Source of the DNA: Asterionella formosa
Lineage: Eukaryota
NCBI GenBank assembly: GCA_002256025.1
Contig: NKIB01015169.1
Span: 1-37,873 of the forward strand
Length of the DNA: 37,873 bases
Direction: 5' to 3'
In this document: one piece after another, positions 34,990-37,873 of the stretch
Numbering within the stretch: the stretch's first letter is position 1
How the letters are laid out: the number at the start of each line of letters is the position of its first letter
The notes under the pieces: model-generated
What the model was told of the DNA's origin: nothing
What the model saw: only the letters and a program-made list of their open reading frames with translations
Databases searched by the model: none
Made by a program: the position numbers and the translations under genes

Positions 34990-35420
34990 TGGCAGATTGA
35001 CTATCACAGCAAGCCAAGGATTGCAGTCATCGGACACACGCTTAGTCAAAGTGGCCCTGCTGTAGAAATCAAATCTTTCCATTTTCAAACCAGGTTACAA
35101 CAACTTGGGCAACAAAGGTATGTTTTAATACGGTGGCTGTTGGGATTTCAGAACACCGCGCTCTGGGATCGTTGGATCTTGGATTCAACCAAGTCAGCCA
35201 TGATGGGATTAGATCAAAGGCATGTGCTTTGTTTGGATATGCCTTGCATACGCTCTACTTGGTGACAGGGAATCACATGCGGGAAGAAGGAGCCATGGCG
35301 TTGGCTGATGGGATCAGGAGAGGGTGCACTGTGACCAAACTGTATTTGACTGGAAACTGATAAGCTAGGGTCAGATGGAGTGATTTCAGTAACAGAAGCC
35401 TTTCTAGATGAACTGAGAAG
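34990..35420 (+). pseudogene. Ribonuclease-inhibitor-type leucine-rich-repeat pseudogene fragment
   Basis: NLSIFKPGYNNLGNKG, LGSLDLGFNQVSHDG, LHTLYLVTGNHMREEGAMALA and VTKLYLTGN* are spread across frames with stops. Confidence 0.7.
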
Positions 35421-36973
35421 GAGAAAAACGTCATATGGAGTCACCAACACTCTGACACTCGAGGGATCCAAGAGCTCTTTTTAGGCCGAACAAGCATGCT
35501 GGGACCGATGGGTTGCCACACAGTTGCTACAATGCTCTGAATGTACAAATCACACAGAATTGAGGAAGACACAACAGATTAAAATTTCATCATGTGAGTG
35601 AATTGGTTAACTCATCAGTTGATTGTTTTCAATAAAAAATCAAGGCGTATTTTTTACTATAGTAGGATGAGGCTATTGGTAGATCATTCAGTGCATGTGC
35701 AATTAGGAGTAGAAACTATTGGCTGTGTCCTCTCCCTCTTGTCATATTTGTTCAAGTCACAGTTGTAGCCTCAGAAATTTGTCCCGACAAAATTGTTCTT
35801 AGCAAGACTGCGCCAGATTTTTTATGTAGATTGTAGGTTCTGTTGGTACAACGAGGAAGTCATGGCTGCGCCAGGATTTTTGACCATCTGAATTCATAAA
35901 AACACCAACATTCAACACCACTGTGAACAATTAATTTTCAACATGGGGATGACCCTTACAACTAGCATCCCCCTTCCAGATTTTCAGCTGCCTTACTACA
36001 AACATATCTTTTATCAACTCACATATGGTTTGTTGCACAAAAAACAAAAGGTGGAATGATGCAACATTGAGATGGTCCGCAATGGATGCATTTAAGGTAA
36101 GATTTATTTGCTTGCTGTTTTTGCTATCATATCACCAAGCCAAGGATAATTCATAATGATATGCTGCTATTCTCAACATTCATTTGACATTTGAACAGGC
36201 CTTTTCAGAAAAGCAGTGTTCTTTGGAAAGTAGGAGTGATAGCAGATGAAATGACACAATATGGAGACCCGCAATGGAAGCCTTCAGGGTGAGCTGAATC
36301 TTCAGTTTTCATAATTGTATCAGCAAAGCGAGCGAGAAATCACATGGTTCTGTTATTGTTCTCTACATTTATTTTACATTTTAGCCGTCCATTTCACAAC
36401 AGGAGCCATCTTTTTTGATGCATCAGTGAGTTGCGGTGCTGCCTGGTGGCTGGCTAATGCCGGTGTTCTGCTGTCAATTTGACTGCTCTGTGAACAGTTG
36501 AATAGCACATGTGTGTGTTGCTTTCTGCTGTTGCTAGTTCTATTAAATGAATTACTGGCACACTGTTCTTTTGTAAATCTTTGCAGGTCAATGAAGAAGT
36601 CATTTCAAGGACAAGGAGGAAGCCAGTGTGATACATTCCTGTTGCGATTTCGCACCATGATGCCTTTTCAAGAATGAATAATTTTTTCATTCAGAATGAA
36701 CGGTTTCTGTTTGTCTTGCATTGTCCTTACAGACATCTCATGATGCCTGCCTTCTCAAGACTGAAGATGCCATTCTGAAAAAACTGCTTTGTTTGATTGT
36801 ACATCGAGATTTGTTTCCCATGTAATGTGAAATACCGGCAGTTGAATTAGAAATCAACATATTTGATTGTACTTTTAAATTACGTAAACAAATTTAATAC
36901 ATTGCATGAAATATATTATAGAATTACGTCAACAAAATTATAAGGCAATGTGAACTAAATTACAGAATTAAGT

Positions 36974-37170
36974 GATGTATTTCAAATAATTTTGTAAAGT
37001 AATTCAAATAATTACTTGAAGTGTTTCAAATAATCATGTAATATAGTGATGATCAGGAATGCATGCATGATACTCTGATCAAATAATTAACGTGATATAT
37101 TCAGATAATATATTCAAGTAAGCATTTTGATGTATTCAACTAATTCATGTGATCCATTCAAAATCAACTA
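36974..37170. repeat. Degenerate AT-rich ~22-bp tandem array (core ATTCAAATAAT)
   Basis: About 8 diverged units, e.g. GATGTATTTCAAATAATTTTGT, AAAGTAATTCAAATAATTACTT, GAAGTGTTTCAAATAATCATGT, GATGTATTCAACTAATTCATGT. Confidence 0.7.
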
Positions 37171-37686
37171 GGCTTATTTACTTGATGGTCACTTCACGTA
37201 ATATGCGGCCGGCTTAGATGCAATTCAAGGTTTTCCTTTATTTGTCATGAGAATATCATCCAATAAAAGGTATTCCCTGTATTGGGATCCTTTTATTTCT
37301 CAATATTTTATCTTTGCTGAAAGAGTAGTGGCCCAATGACAACAAATCTTTTATATCTACTACACAATGACGATGCATCCTCCAAACATTTCGATTCTTA
37401 TTTTTCTCCTTTTTGCTGCAGCATAAGCCAATAGCTGTGATATTCAAGTAACAAAGCAAAAAGATTTGAATATTATGACTTCTCTTTTTTCAGGGCTATA
37501 CAGTCAGGTCAACAATGGGCCTCATTGGAGGAAGCTAACCATTATGTTAATAGGCGAATAGAGGCAGTGCACGCAGAATTCCTTTCATTTGTTTTCTTAA
37601 CATTACAGAGTTGCTGGGAGGAATTCATTTTGGTGAGGAGTGGCGACAATAACTGTGATATACTACCGCACATTGGAAGGCACCTT

Positions 37687-37873
37687 TACCTGGTCCTGTA
37701 CCTGGTCCTGTACCTGGTCCTGTACCTGGTCCTGTACCTGGTCCTGTACCTGGTCCTGTACCTGGTCCTGTACCTGGTCCTGTACCTGGTCCTGTACCTG
37801 GTCCTGTACCTGGTCCTGTACCTGGTCCTGTACCTGGTCCTGTACCTGGTCCTGTACCTGGTCCTGTACCTGG
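37687..37873. repeat. Perfect 12-mer tandem array (TACCTGGTCCTG)n running off the window end
   Basis: About 15.6 identical copies. Confidence 0.99.

Noticed and set aside
36974..37170. CRISPR array
   Set aside because: Units are adjacent and degenerate with no unique spacers, no cas genes, and the context is eukaryotic.
37687..37873. (VPGP)n or (TGPG)n coding repeat
   Set aside because: In-frame stop ~30 nt upstream on + with no start; perfect nucleotide identity indicates satellite DNA.

Overview
Eukaryotic nuclear DNA, most likely a diatom or other stramenopile (short GT-AG introns, a signal peptide + Phe plastid pre-sequence, diatom-like transposon remnants). It holds about 12 host genes: a CRAL-TRIO protein, a convergent acyltransferase-3 / SGNH(TBL-like) pair, a coiled-coil protein, a plastid-type bestrophin, three orphan ORFs, a CAMK kinase, and three adjacent mitochondrial genes (PAM16, a spliced S21-like ribosomal protein missed by the ORF track, ATP synthase OSCP). 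Between them lie a decayed tyrosine-recombinase (Crypton-like) element, a decayed two-gene element that may be pogo-like, an ~90 bp MITE family, an LRR pseudogene, a degenerate ~22-bp array and a terminal perfect 12-mer array. The most interesting unexplained signals are a GC-rich, strand-specific folded ~230-nt ncRNA candidate (7834-8057) and GTACCWGGTAC palindrome clusters that recur upstream of genes. All calls come from reading the sequence by eye; no searches were run.
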